Of a stretch of DNA of 64,000 bases, positions 1 to 8,439 are shown in pieces (the stretch's first letter is position 1; each line of letters starts with the position of its first letter). Location: sequence record NC_048054.1; one strand, given 5' to 3'. The position numbers and the translations under genes are program-made. Under the pieces are notes generated by a model. The model was not told where the DNA came from and did not search any database. It was given only the letters and a program-made list of their open reading frames with translations.

Positions 1-1
1 T

Positions 2-907
2 GGTGCGTGGAAAGTAGATGACGCTCCGTTCCCGATCGAACTGAACGCTGGTGGCCATGCGTATATCGGTAGCGCCGAGCACCGTCAGTTCACCTTCATG
101 TACGACACGACTGCTGATGGTATGGCGGTGCTGCGCCCTGAGTGGAACACACTCAACCAGCTTGCTCAATACCCAGAGCAGAAAGGCCAGTACGCAGGTC
201 TGCGCGTACCGCCTGTGAAAGAACTGAAAGCGAACGTGCCTGACGCGTTTGATGAAGCAAGCCAGCTCGTTCGTAACCTGCTCGGTAACGCTGACTTCAA
301 GAGCGTACAATTGCCTCTGGCCGTTGCTGGCGATACCACGTTTGCTGCGAACGTACTGACTACCGATATGATTGGTGATCAGGACGATGTTCACACGTTC
401 TCTCTGTGGGCACGTCACCTGCTGTCTATCGGTATCTATGCTTACGCAGACGAAAGCGGCCTGCATATTCCAGGTCTGAACTACCACGAGCTGGAAGCGG
501 CTGTAGCGCAAGACGAACTCGGTGCGTTTGCTGGTATCAGCTTCGAGGCCACCAGCCGTCAACGTCAGACTCAGATGCTGACTGTGATCGCTGATGTGTT
601 CCCTGAACTGACCCGCTATGTGCTGGACTATCAGTTGCAGACTGGTCAGGATAAAATCTATCTGGCGCCAGAGCAGGACTTCGCACAGGCTCTCGACCTG
701 ATTCTGCATAAGCAGATTGAAGGCTACGATGACCAGTACGATCTGCTGATGCAGCAACTGGCGTACATCGACGACTGGTACAACTTCGATAACTCTATCG
801 TTCCTGTTCCGTTCACGCTGAAAGCTCTGGTCAATCCTGTGGAGTTCTGGGATGTGAACGTCGAAGAAACGTCTGTTGTGATCACTAACGGTTTCGTTAG
901 TCACAAC
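2..907 (+). mobile_element. Intein (blocks B, F, G visible) with degenerate LAGLIDADG-like region
   Basis: Block B-like YIGSAEHRQF (His codon 80-82); blocks F/G PVEFWDVNVEETSVVITNGFVSHN followed by Ser+1 (908-910); weak block C/E/H-like segments LLGNAD, FAANVLTTD, WARHLLSIGI. Confidence 0.8.
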
Positions 908-1441
908 TCTGACGTTCGTGTTCGTCTGGCTTCTCGTGCTGTGCCTCAGGGCTGGCCGACAATGAAAGACGCACCAGGTATCGTTGGTGAGAAGTCTGTA
1001 ACTGTTGAAGGTGGTACTGACCGCTATCGTTTCATTGCAGCCAAGACCATCAAGAACAAGATGGGTGGCATCCCGAACCAGCAGACTTGGTTACGTCTGT
1101 GGGAAGCTGACGGCAACGGTGAAGCGCGCGGCTTCGACCCAGTGTTCGATACATGGCATTACCTGAAAACTCTCGGCCTGATCAATGGTACTCGTAAGAG
1201 CTTCAAGATCAAAGCGCCGTGCCCGCTTGCATCTGATGTTAAGATGGATTGGGATGACTTCCGTACTCTTATCAACGGCAGCAAAGAACAAGTTGTCGGT
1301 GTGTGTAAGAAACTGAAAGTCAAACCTGCTGGCCTGCGTCTGTGGTGCTTCAAGTTCGTGCAGTCTGCAAAAGGCAACGAGATGTTGAAGAACGCTATCA
1401 GTAAGTCTGCGAAGACTTCTGATGACGATGACGACGAGTAA
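2..1441 (+). CDS. recA: RecA/UvsX-like recombinase, 3' part, interrupted by an intein (5'-truncated by the window edge)
   Basis: Frame is open from base 2, upstream of the track's ATG at 98. After the intein end (HN, 902-907) the C-extein SDVRVRL...KTIKNKMGG...GFDPVFDTWHYLKTLGLINGTRKSFKI aligns by eye with RecA ASVRLD...KVVKNK...[25 protein letters not shown] and ends in an acidic tail (DDDDDE). Walker motifs lie outside the window. Confidence 0.65.
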   Translation, partial: GAWKVDDAPFPIELNAGGHAYIGSAEHRQFTFMYDTTADGMAVLRPEWNTLNQLAQYPEQKGQYAGLRVPPVKELKANVPDAFDEASQLVRNLLGNADFKSVQLPLAVAGDTTFAANVLTTDMIGDQDDVHTFSLWARHLLSIGIYAYADESGLHIPGLNYHELEAAVAQDELGAFAGISFEATSRQRQTQMLTVIADVFPELTRYVLDYQLQTGQDKIYLAPEQDFAQALDLILHKQIEGYDDQYDLLMQQLAYIDDWYNFDNSIVPVPFTLKALVNPVEFWDVNVEETSVVITNGFVSHNSDVRVRLASRAVPQGWPTMKDAPGIVGEKSVTVEGGTDRYRFIAAKTIKNKMGGIPNQQTWLRLWEADGNGEARGFDPVFDTWHYLKTLGLINGTRKSFKIKAPCPLASDVKMDWDDFRTLINGSKEQVVGVCKKLKVKPAGLRLWCFKFVQSAKGNEMLKNAISKSAKTSDDDDDE

Positions 1442-1448
1442 TAAACGC

Positions 1449-1479
1449 GGGAGGGCTTCGGCTCTCCCTTCTTTTGTTT
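1449..1479 (+). terminator. Rho-independent terminator
   Basis: GGGAGGGC-TTCG-GCTCTCCC stem-loop followed by a T-rich tract, just after the recA stop. Confidence 0.85.
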
Positions 1480-1490
1480 AAGGAGAACAA

Positions 1491-1910
1491 ATGCGTACTC
1501 AAATCTTTACCGCAGATATCGTTAATCTCGAAACGGTGGCGATTGACGAAGAAGGTGTTGAAACCCGCACACCGACAATCGTGCCCAACGTCGAAGGTGA
1601 AATGACTGTTGGCGTTAACGAACTGATTGGTCTGTCGAACGGACTGACTGAGCCTACTGACTCTGATTGCCGTCTTATCATTGTCGTGTCGCCTGATGCA
1701 GAAGGTGCTTTCCGCGCTGAAAGCATGGTCAACTACTTCGACCCAATCGAGCGCGTAGCCGATATCGAAGCAGGTAACATCGGCACTTCATTGGGTATGC
1801 AGGTTGTTCGTGGCCTGCAGGGCGATCATCCTTATGTTGCTGTTGTCGAAGTGCGCGACGCAGACACCGTAGAGATCGTTCGCTACAATGCGTCTGTAGT
1901 AAAGCTGTAA
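1491..1910 (+). CDS. hypothetical protein (139 aa)
   Basis: ORF with AAGGAG RBS; no motif recognised. Confidence 0.8.
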   Translation: MRTQIFTADIVNLETVAIDEEGVETRTPTIVPNVEGEMTVGVNELIGLSNGLTEPTDSDCRLIIVVSPDAEGAFRAESMVNYFDPIERVADIEAGNIGTSLGMQVVRGLQGDHPYVAVVEVRDADTVEIVRYNASVVKL

Positions 1911-1917
1911 ACCAATA

Positions 1918-1941
1918 GTGGGAGTCATACTCCCACATTTT
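1918..1941 (+). terminator. Rho-independent terminator
   Basis: GTGGGAGT-CAT-ACTCCCAC then ATTTT. Confidence 0.75.
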
Positions 1942-1948
1942 CTCGCTT

Positions 1949-1999
1949 GATAGGCAATGCGCCACAAGCAAACAACCTAACTCGATAGGCAATGCGCCA
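1949..1999 (+). repeat. 16-bp perfect direct repeat, 35-bp period
   Basis: GATAGGCAATGCGCCA at 1949-1964 and 1984-1999. Confidence 0.9.
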
Positions 2000-2009
2000 G
2001 GAGTAATTT

Positions 2010-2711
2010 ATGAAAAAGATTCAAACTAACATCTTACCAACCGAAGCTCTGCATGGTCTTATTCACGGCTACGCGCGTCAGGCTAAACAACCAGACGCTG
2101 CAAGCAAGACGTTGTTCTACATTGACGTCACTGAGCGTGGTGCTAACGATGCACTGTACTCCATCCTTCGCCGTGATATTCCTTCAAACATCGTCGGTAC
2201 TGCGTATGATTCTATTGTTAGTTTCCGTGGCCATACAGCGCCGCCACAACTTCCTATCGTACTGTCCGAAAGTTTATTCCACATAAGTTTAGAGAGACTC
2301 GCCAGTTCGCTGGCAGGCATCTTTGATGCGCTCGGTCGTACAGTACATACTAACGACACTCAAATCACTATCTACGGCGAACCAGCAATCGAGAAACTTC
2401 TGGCGATTGTTCGAGACACTCAGTTTAAGAACTTCTTGGAAGTGTGCAATCCTGAGCTTGCCTGCGGTGATTTCGATCTACAGTCCAACATCACTGTGGA
2501 CAACTTTGTGTCTATGGCAATCGACCCTGATTTTGAAAAGCGTATTCCAGAGAGCCCTGGTACCACATACGCGTTTGGCCGAGACTTCATGTTCATGCAC
2601 TATGAAGACCTGCACAAAGTCATTCAACTGTTGCGCAAATATAAAAAGAATTGTACGCTGCATCCAGACTTAATGCGCTACTACTTCATGAACGTAATCT
2701 GTAAATATTGA
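2010..2711 (+). CDS. hypothetical protein, probable paralogue of 3859..4626
   Basis: AGGAG RBS; C-terminal KYKKNCTLHPDLMRYYFMNVI resembles KFKKNHRIIFHEDFRRLFFEEYI of the 3859 ORF. Confidence 0.8.
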   Translation: MKKIQTNILPTEALHGLIHGYARQAKQPDAASKTLFYIDVTERGANDALYSILRRDIPSNIVGTAYDSIVSFRGHTAPPQLPIVLSESLFHISLERLASSLAGIFDALGRTVHTNDTQITIYGEPAIEKLLAIVRDTQFKNFLEVCNPELACGDFDLQSNITVDNFVSMAIDPDFEKRIPESPGTTYAFGRDFMFMHYEDLHKVIQLLRKYKKNCTLHPDLMRYYFMNVICKY

Positions 2712-2759
2712 TCACCAACCGAACACAAATGCTGTGTGTAGTCTAGCCCGATTTGGGCA

Positions 2760-2792
2760 GGGGAGAGCCGGATGGCCTCCCCATTTTTTTTT
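2760..2792 (+). terminator. Rho-independent terminator
   Basis: GGGGAG(A)GCC-GGAT-GGCCTCCCC then A plus nine T. Confidence 0.8.
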
Positions 2793-2815
2793 GTCTACGC
2801 CAGCAGGAGAATCGC

Positions 2816-3814
2816 ATGTCTAAATCAAAATCAACGCCACAGACCTTCCTCGATCTATTCCTAAAGGACGTTAGAAAGTTTTTGCCTATGTTCGACAAAG
2901 GCTTAGATGCACACTTCTTAAAGTGCAAGGGAAAGCCAGGTACTTCTGGTGTCTCATTACATCAATACCTGAAGTGGTTAAGTCCTATCGCTAAACCGCC
3001 AGAGAATGCAAGCAAACTCTCTATAGTTATCTCTGGCTACCTGCATTACTTCTGGCAGTTGTCTAAACCTAACTTCGTGTTTGAGCCTGTGCTCATGAAT
3101 CACATGGCAGACTCAGATCTGCCTGAGAAAATACCTGCCGAAATTCTGCAACGCTTACCGTACTGGTGTCAGTGGATAACATTGCCTATACATCTGGCGA
3201 GCGCTGCACAGACGATGCAGTTAGACTTTGATGGTGCGTTTGTTGGTTACACCGAAATCGACAGGCGGCCTGCGCTGATTCTTGTCGCGCCCTTTGTTGC
3301 CTCTGACGAAAGCATCAAGACAAACGGCTTCACACCTTCGGTGACGTCATATGTTTACCTTGACGAGCCTGTTGACCACCTATCATTCATGAAGAATAGT
3401 CATTTGCTGAATGTCAGTGACCGAATGCCTGACAGATTCTTTCAGGAGTTGATGTTCAGCGTATACCACTACGTGACCAAGATTGTTAATTGTGTCATGT
3501 ATATCTGCTCGCAGCAACAAGCACTGTATCAAGAAGGTCATTCTCAGCCTAAGCCGCAGCGTTTAGGTAAGAGCTATCGCATCACGCCACCGAAAGATGA
3601 TCGCATTATCACGGTCGGCGCCGAGATGACCAAGATTCTCAAAGACTTCGAAGCAGAAGTCGAAGCGTGTACTCGCGCTTTCAATGGGCGTAAGCCGCAT
3701 ATACGGAAAGCGCATTACCACCACTTCTGGACAGGACCGAAAGTAGGAGTTCGTGTTCTTGTCTGTAAGTGGTTGCCACCAAGTATTGTTCGCGGCACTA
3801 TCGTAGAACAATAA
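2816..3814 (+). CDS. AcrVA2/FinQ-family protein
   Basis: Start revised to ATG 2816 (AGGAGA RBS). Motifs DLPEKIPAEILQRLPYWCQWI, NCVMYICSQ and RKPHIRKAHYHHFWTG...CKWLPPSIV match the remembered AcrVA2 motifs LPDDTPTSIFLNLPDWCVYV, YLLWLCVAE and RPHIRRGHWHGYW...RWQPAVFV. Confidence 0.7.
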   Translation: MSKSKSTPQTFLDLFLKDVRKFLPMFDKGLDAHFLKCKGKPGTSGVSLHQYLKWLSPIAKPPENASKLSIVISGYLHYFWQLSKPNFVFEPVLMNHMADSDLPEKIPAEILQRLPYWCQWITLPIHLASAAQTMQLDFDGAFVGYTEIDRRPALILVAPFVASDESIKTNGFTPSVTSYVYLDEPVDHLSFMKNSHLLNVSDRMPDRFFQELMFSVYHYVTKIVNCVMYICSQQQALYQEGHSQPKPQRLGKSYRITPPKDDRIITVGAEMTKILKDFEAEVEACTRAFNGRKPHIRKAHYHHFWTGPKVGVRVLVCKWLPPSIVRGTIVEQ

Positions 3815-3858
3815 CTTTATCTCAACTCCATGTATGGGCGTTATGCCCGGAGGCTATT

Positions 3859-4626
3859 ATGAAATCTCGTGTACAACATGCGTATATCCCTGATATGGGA
3901 TCGTTTGACCCTTACGTCCGCTCTCTGTGCCATATGGCGCGAGCACTGGAAAACAATGGCCTGAACTATGGCAAGTCAAAGCCTGTCGTAATCATCGGCA
4001 CTTCGAAACGCGTAGTTGAAGCCTACGTTAAGCAGTTGCTCAACACAAACAATCTACCGAACACCCTTATTTGCTTTGGCGTAGACGAGCCGCCTGTCAG
4101 CCATCGTGATTATACTTACGCTGGTGCCCATGTTGTGCTGATGCACGACCTGACGTATGTTTGCAGCGACACAATGAACAAGGTTGCCACACGCGTTCTC
4201 GAAATCATCGACAGCCTCAAACAGAAAGAAGGTGACACTGACCTCAAAAACAGTGAGCTGTCTTTGGTGTACTCGAACCCGCATTTGTGGTCTGCTATTC
4301 TTGACTACGGCGCCGCTTCTTTTATGAACATGGCTGGACGCAACATTGAATACCGAAGCGGTTTGGTTTCATCTATCGGCCTCGACGCGTTAATGAAGTG
4401 CGAAAGCAACCAAGAGTACCATGAGCTTCGTGCCGAAACTATTACGATCGGCCTGGAGTTCTTCTGTGTGCGTACGGACTACCTACTGTCTAAGGTACAT
4501 AACTTGCTGTGGTCGCTCGCGTGTGATGACTGCAAGTTCAAAAAGAATCATCGCATCATCTTCCATGAAGACTTCCGTCGCCTATTCTTTGAAGAATACA
4601 TCCTCAGGGACTTCAAGGGCTTTTAA
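3859..4626 (+). CDS. hypothetical protein, probable paralogue of 2010..2711
   Basis: Start revised to ATG 3859 (GGAGG RBS); C-terminal similarity to the 2010 ORF. Confidence 0.8.
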   Translation: MKSRVQHAYIPDMGSFDPYVRSLCHMARALENNGLNYGKSKPVVIIGTSKRVVEAYVKQLLNTNNLPNTLICFGVDEPPVSHRDYTYAGAHVVLMHDLTYVCSDTMNKVATRVLEIIDSLKQKEGDTDLKNSELSLVYSNPHLWSAILDYGAASFMNMAGRNIEYRSGLVSSIGLDALMKCESNQEYHELRAETITIGLEFFCVRTDYLLSKVHNLLWSLACDDCKFKKNHRIIFHEDFRRLFFEEYILRDFKGF

Positions 4627-4700
4627 GAATATTCTTAGCCTGCTCTCTAATTTCTATATGTTGGCAAGTAGTGCTGACGTAGAGTTATTGGAGAAATAAC

Positions 4701-4961
4701 ATGTGCGGTCGTAGCCTTATCAGGTTGAAGTACAACGCACGGTCCTCGAACTGGTGCAATAATAAAGTAAACGCTTGTAGTAAGCGGAAGGCGACCAACG
4801 TACAATGCGAAGATTTTCTGGCAGCAACGAAAAACTGCCGCAGTGTGCAAGAGTCGTCCAGTGTTGTTTCTTTCTTTGATGGTCAAGAGCTGGTTGGTCA
4901 GGCTGTATGGCATGAGATAGAAGGCGACAATACACTTCAATTCCGGTTGCTACTTGCTTAA
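4701..4961 (+). CDS. hypothetical Cys-containing protein (86 aa)
   Basis: GGAGA RBS; ends just before a terminator. Confidence 0.6.
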   Translation: MCGRSLIRLKYNARSSNWCNNKVNACSKRKATNVQCEDFLAATKNCRSVQESSSVVSFFDGQELVGQAVWHEIEGDNTLQFRLLLA

Positions 4962-4965
4962 CGAT

Positions 4966-5003
4966 AAAAGGGCTTTCAGATATTCTCTGATGGCCCTTTT
5001 CTT
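4966..5003. terminator. Rho-independent terminator, possibly bidirectional
   Basis: AAAAGGGC...GCCCTTTT inverted repeat with A-tract and T-tract flanks. Confidence 0.75.
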
Positions 5004-5059
5004 ATTCTAACGCTAATTTTGACCTGTCAATACACACAAACCGAACTCGGGGTACTCAC

Positions 5060-6598
5060 ATGTCTTTGATTAAAATCGAAGGCGTTGCATCCACATCTGC
5101 TCCAACCAAAGCGCAGAAAGATGCCGCCGTATATCTGTTTGGCTCTAAGGGTCATTCAATTGTCGCAGTGCTCGACAAATTCAGTCGCGCCAAAGAACTG
5201 CGTACTGCTCACCTTGACGGTCTGCTCAAGCTGATGAAAGAAGGCGAAGATGATGATATCATCAAATTCGGCGCATCTGCTTTGGGCAAGAAAACCATCC
5301 AGAACGCCAAAGCGTTTGCTGTTGCGAAAACTCTGGCTGCCTCTATCAAGGCGCTGAAACTGATTCGCGTTCCGATGAAGTGGATCGATGGTCACTCCGA
5401 TGTGGCTGCTGCTCGCGCACAGGAAACCAAAGAGATTCGCGCACGTCGTACTGCGGGCAACAAACCTGAGAAGCCGATCAAGCTCGACAACCCAGGCGCA
5501 CCTGAATCAAGTACGGTAGACAGCAAAGGCACAAAAGAACCTTCCGCTAAAGAAGCGAAAGCATTCGCTGAAAGCCTGACTAAATCTCTGGGTATGGACT
5601 TCAAGGTAGTTCGCGGTGACGCTATGGCGGAAGATCCGCTGCGCTACGAAGCAACAAATCCCGATGACCTGTCGGCCGTAGCCAGTTTTAGTATTACGCC
5701 TCCGTTCGACGGCCTCCCAGCAGATATGAAATCTAGCGACAAACCTAAGTGGCGAATCGCAATGACGTATCGTGACGGCAAAGTTCGTATTGCAGTTCTC
5801 GGCACTACGTTCAATGCTGCGGCCGCCAAACGTGTCATCACTAAAGAGAATCAGGCGCGTGTTAAGGGTGCAACTAAAACCACGAAAGGCAAAACACCGG
5901 CACAGCTTGCTTCGCTTGTTGAGACTAAGACTGCTGCATCCCTGAGCAAGTTAGGTACCATTGATAAAAATGCCTTCCTCTCAGGTTTTGCTGAAACAGT
6001 AGGCAAGAAGCTGGGCAAAGGATATGTCGTTGGTGTAAGTGGCACTGGTCTTATTTTGCGTCTTGATGACGGCAATCGCGGTCCTCGTGTTTGGTTGAAT
6101 CTGACCGATGGTGGCTGGACCTTTACTTCTGTTGAAGGTGGTGCAGGTGACAAACAGGAAGAGTCTTTTGGCAGTAAATTCAAGATCGCTGATCTTGTCA
6201 AACGCACCAAAGCATGGCTCAAGTCTCCGAAGTTGAAGGCCGCAGCTCCTGCCAAAGAAGCATACACACCGTCAGGCAAATCTGATGTGACGCTGGTGGA
6301 TGAACTGGCAGAAGTGACTGCACGTAAGATCGCTGCGAAGCCATTACAAGCGCGTGAGGAATATTTCAATGCGCTGCGTAATACTCTGCATTCTAACCTG
6401 CGTAACTCTGTGGTCAACACAACGTCCGACGGTGTTACCGTTGCGCTTGGCAGCAAGCTGTATACGATCCGCCTGTCAGATAACGCGTGGACTATTCAGA
6501 CCGGCGCTACTGGCAAGCAGAAGAAAATCGGTGCAACGTTCGATATCGTTGACCTGCTGGGTATGATGGACAAGAGCATTCTGCGTCCTATAGCATAA
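5060..6598 (+). CDS. hypothetical Ala/Lys-rich protein with three similar C-terminal domains; possibly virion-associated
   Basis: Standalone gene between two terminators; three segments end in W-x(n)-G-x-x-F (LGTTFN, FGSKFK, IGATFD). Virion location is a guess. Confidence 0.8.
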   Translation: MSLIKIEGVASTSAPTKAQKDAAVYLFGSKGHSIVAVLDKFSRAKELRTAHLDGLLKLMKEGEDDDIIKFGASALGKKTIQNAKAFAVAKTLAASIKALKLIRVPMKWIDGHSDVAAARAQETKEIRARRTAGNKPEKPIKLDNPGAPESSTVDSKGTKEPSAKEAKAFAESLTKSLGMDFKVVRGDAMAEDPLRYEATNPDDLSAVASFSITPPFDGLPADMKSSDKPKWRIAMTYRDGKVRIAVLGTTFNAAAAKRVITKENQARVKGATKTTKGKTPAQLASLVETKTAASLSKLGTIDKNAFLSGFAETVGKKLGKGYVVGVSGTGLILRLDDGNRGPRVWLNLTDGGWTFTSVEGGAGDKQEESFGSKFKIADLVKRTKAWLKSPKLKAAAPAKEAYTPSGKSDVTLVDELAEVTARKIAAKPLQAREEYFNALRNTLHSNLRNSVVNTTSDGVTVALGSKLYTIRLSDNAWTIQTGATGKQKKIGATFDIVDLLGMMDKSILRPIA

Positions 6599-6600
6599 TC

Positions 6601-6629
6601 AAAAGGGGTGGCTTCGGCTGCCCCTTTTT
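6601..6629 (+). terminator. Rho-independent terminator
   Basis: AAAAGGGGTGGC-TTCG-GCTGCCCCTTTTT. Confidence 0.85.
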
Positions 6630-6657
6630 GCGTCTATATGCCCTCAAATCTGCGAAG

Positions 6658-6713
6658 TCTGCAAATAATAGGCTGAAATAGCTCTTTATACGCATACGCG
6701 CCTATGATACAAT
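6658..6713 (+). promoter_or_regulatory. sigma70-type promoter with conserved upstream element
   Basis: TCTGCAAATAATAGGCTGAAATAGC; 32 nt from AGGCTG to -10 TACAAT (6708-6713) with TG extension. Confidence 0.7.
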
Positions 6714-6751
6714 ATATGCAGACGCTACACGTCGTAGCGCATACAACACTC

Positions 6752-6765
6752 ATGCTAAGGAGCAT
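6752..6765 (+). promoter_or_regulatory. SD-in-loop hairpin
   Basis: ATGC-TAAGGA-GCAT upstream of ATG 6769. Confidence 0.65.
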
Positions 6766-6768
6766 ACA

Positions 6769-7473
6769 ATGAAAGCAGCAGATTTTGACAAAGCATTCAA
6801 CGCGAAAGACGAAGCAACCTTAACCGCATACGCTGACAAGATTGTTGCGGCACTTAACGCTCTCGGTCGCTATGACCTGAAACTTAAAATCATCTTCGGC
6901 ACCGACCCGTACGGCGAGTGTCCTGATTTTGTGAACGACCCTAATGGTCTGCGCGTTATTCAGAATGGCGAAGAAATTTTTGATATCTACACGCCGACTG
7001 AAAAACAGGTTGAAGGCGATTCGTCAGATGTTTTCGTCTACGCTTCGATCACTGGCGTTGAGGCCGCGAAGTGGGGCAAAGATGTTTCAGACAATGACAT
7101 TGCCGAACTTGCCGCTGACCTGAACGAAGAAATCGAACGTGTCGGCCGCGTGTTCGATGAATCTGATCGTCAGATGCTGCAAAAACTCGCCGACACTTTG
7201 AACGCTCGCATGGATCGTACAGATGCGCGGGTGATCGTAACGAACGGCGCCGAAGACGATCTGATTCTTATGGTTGTCGGCTATGATGTAGAAGAAGATG
7301 AAGTCAGTGACGAATACGGCTTCTTCTTATCGCTGCCGTATACTGATGTAGAAGGTACCGACGAGAAATACAGTCTGCACTACGCTGGCTACCCTGGCGT
7401 GAACGACCACTCATACAGCTCTGCTGACCTCGACGAGATCTCAGAAGAAATCGAATCCCTCGACCTGATGTAA
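6769..7473 (+). CDS. acidic hypothetical protein (234 aa)
   Basis: First gene after the 6658 promoter; D/E-rich throughout. Confidence 0.85.
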   Translation: MKAADFDKAFNAKDEATLTAYADKIVAALNALGRYDLKLKIIFGTDPYGECPDFVNDPNGLRVIQNGEEIFDIYTPTEKQVEGDSSDVFVYASITGVEAAKWGKDVSDNDIAELAADLNEEIERVGRVFDESDRQMLQKLADTLNARMDRTDARVIVTNGAEDDLILMVVGYDVEEDEVSDEYGFFLSLPYTDVEGTDEKYSLHYAGYPGVNDHSYSSADLDEISEEIESLDLM

Positions 7474-7480
7474 TCTACAC

Positions 7481-7529
7481 AAAACTGGTCAAAAGCGCCA
7501 TAGCAATGTGGCGCTCATTATCGTATGAT
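7481..7529 (+). promoter_or_regulatory. sigma70-type promoter with conserved upstream element
   Basis: AAAACTGGTCAAAA; 32 nt to -10-like TATGAT (7524-7529); inverted repeat GCGCCA/TGGCGC in the spacer. Confidence 0.55.
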
Positions 7530-7577
7530 GTAATCTCTAGCGCAATGACGCGCTCAACACTGAAAGAGGCAATAACA

Positions 7578-7817
7578 ATGGCTGAGAAACAAGTAGTTCT
7601 TGATCTGATCGCAGACGTGGCATCACCTACAGAAGTTATCTTTGAAGATGGTCAATCGTCTAATGAGTGGCTGGCGCCATACGATCTGCGTCTGACCGTG
7701 TCGCAGAACGAAGGGCCGAACGGCTACCCCGAAGTGAACATCATCGGCGATGAAGACAATCTGAAACGCTTCTTGTCTGAACAAGACCTTGAAGGTTCGG
7801 TCGAAGAAGTGAAGTAA
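7578..7817 (+). CDS. small acidic hypothetical protein (79 aa)
   Basis: Start revised to ATG 7578 (GAGG RBS). Confidence 0.8.
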   Translation: MAEKQVVLDLIADVASPTEVIFEDGQSSNEWLAPYDLRLTVSQNEGPNGYPEVNIIGDEDNLKRFLSEQDLEGSVEEVK

Positions 7818-7826
7818 AGTTGTTTG

Positions 7827-7853
7827 AGCGGGGCTTCGGCCTCGCTTCTTTTT
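7827..7853 (+). terminator. Rho-independent terminator
   Basis: AGCGGGGC-TTCG-GCCTCGCT then TCTTTTT. Confidence 0.85.
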
Positions 7854-7873
7854 ATTCTGCCTGAGATAAAACG

Positions 7874-8377
7874 ATGAAAACATCATACCTGATTATTCGC
7901 CTCAACGCCAAAGATATGTATGACCGTGAATTTTTAATGCGCGGCTTTAACGCAAAACGCATTGAGAAAGTTATCGGCGTTATCGCTATTGTAGGTGAAG
8001 GCCTGCTGACCGATGATTCTAAGATGTACCACCTGTCGCGTGTCGATATCAACCTGCTTGAGTCAGATACTCAACAAAGCTGGGCGCGTTTTAACTGGTC
8101 ATGTATTGACGACAACCTCATTGATTCTGGTATGCGCCGTTTGCCGACTGAGTTGCGCGATAGAATTACGGCGATGCGCACTAATCGCATTTATTGCGAA
8201 GTCGATACGGCTATACCAGAAGCGTTTCGTGATTGCCATACTAAGTTTGTGTATAAGTCACGCCCCGCACGTCTGTCGGTCAGTGACGAGAAAACAGGTA
8301 CGCTCGACGAGTTCACTGTAGAAGAAATCGTAGCTAACCTGAAGACGCGCATTAAAGGCGTCACCATCGCTTTCTAA
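7874..8377 (+). CDS. hypothetical protein
   Basis: 167-aa ORF; no motif recognised. Confidence 0.8.
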   Translation: MKTSYLIIRLNAKDMYDREFLMRGFNAKRIEKVIGVIAIVGEGLLTDDSKMYHLSRVDINLLESDTQQSWARFNWSCIDDNLIDSGMRRLPTELRDRITAMRTNRIYCEVDTAIPEAFRDCHTKFVYKSRPARLSVSDEKTGTLDEFTVEEIVANLKTRIKGVTIAF

Positions 8378-8439
8378 TCATCGTTTGACTGTGGCGTTAC
8401 GGCGCCACTTACTTCACAATCTAATCGAGAGAACATGCC

